Source of the DNA: Eledone cirrhosa
Lineage: Eukaryota
Length of the DNA: 64,000 nucleotides
Assembly: GCA_964016885.1 (NCBI GenBank)
Contig: OZ024741.1
Location: 233,430,001-233,494,000, forward strand
Direction: 5' to 3'
Shown here: one piece after another, positions 63,720-64,000 of the stretch
How the letters are laid out: every line of letters starts with the position of its first letter
Numbering within the stretch: position 1 is the first letter of the stretch
Notes under the pieces: generated by a model
Databases searched by the model: none
Seen by the model: only the letters and a program-made list of their open reading frames with translations
What the model was told of the DNA's origin: nothing
Position numbers and translations under genes: made by a program

Positions 63720-63966
63720 TCATCGGCATCATGATCATCGTTTTTGTATCCGCTTTTGAATGCCTGCAGGGGTTGGATGGGTCCTTCTCAGCACGGCATC
63801 TCTCTACTTGTCACATTCCTACATCATCTCCTCTGTCAGTCTTAGTGATATGAGGTTTGCTCTCACAACCTCTCACAACCTCTGCCCAAGTCTTTTTTTG
63901 GTCATCCTCTAGTGTGGTTTCCTTCCACATTTCCTCACCCATCGGTCATTGTTCATGCACATCACA
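63720..63966 (-). mobile_element. RTE 3' fragment
   Basis: Similar to 23825-24050 and 28050-28290. Confidence 0.75.
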
Positions 63967-64000
63967 TCAACCCCTATTCTATTATTTGGGACCTGAGAGT

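Overview
AT-rich, microsatellite-dense animal genomic DNA. The repeat content (RTE LINEs with (CAT)n tails, tRNA-derived CORE and Deu/Nin-like SINEs) suggests a coleoid cephalopod such as octopus; this is an inference. The window holds two convergent host genes of the hillarin/KY/ltd-1 family. One is a four-exon + strand gene (26173-34696, ~797 aa) whose transglutaminase-like domain keeps His and Asp but lacks the catalytic Cys. The other is a two-exon - strand gene (58526-44333, 226 aa) encoding only the C-terminal repeat module. Most of the rest is mobile DNA: one ORF-intact RTE LINE (APE-RT-PHD, 1039 aa), about ten decayed RTE copies, RTE-tailed SINEs, CR1 and R4/Dong-like fragments, two mariner remnants and Penelope-like (PLE) remnants. 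The most unusual signal is non-coding. About ten type-I hammerhead-ribozyme-like motifs occur in several unrelated sequence contexts, many inside fold-back elements with their 3' ends pointing outward, and three carry a very long stem II. All structures were read by eye; no folding program or database search was run.
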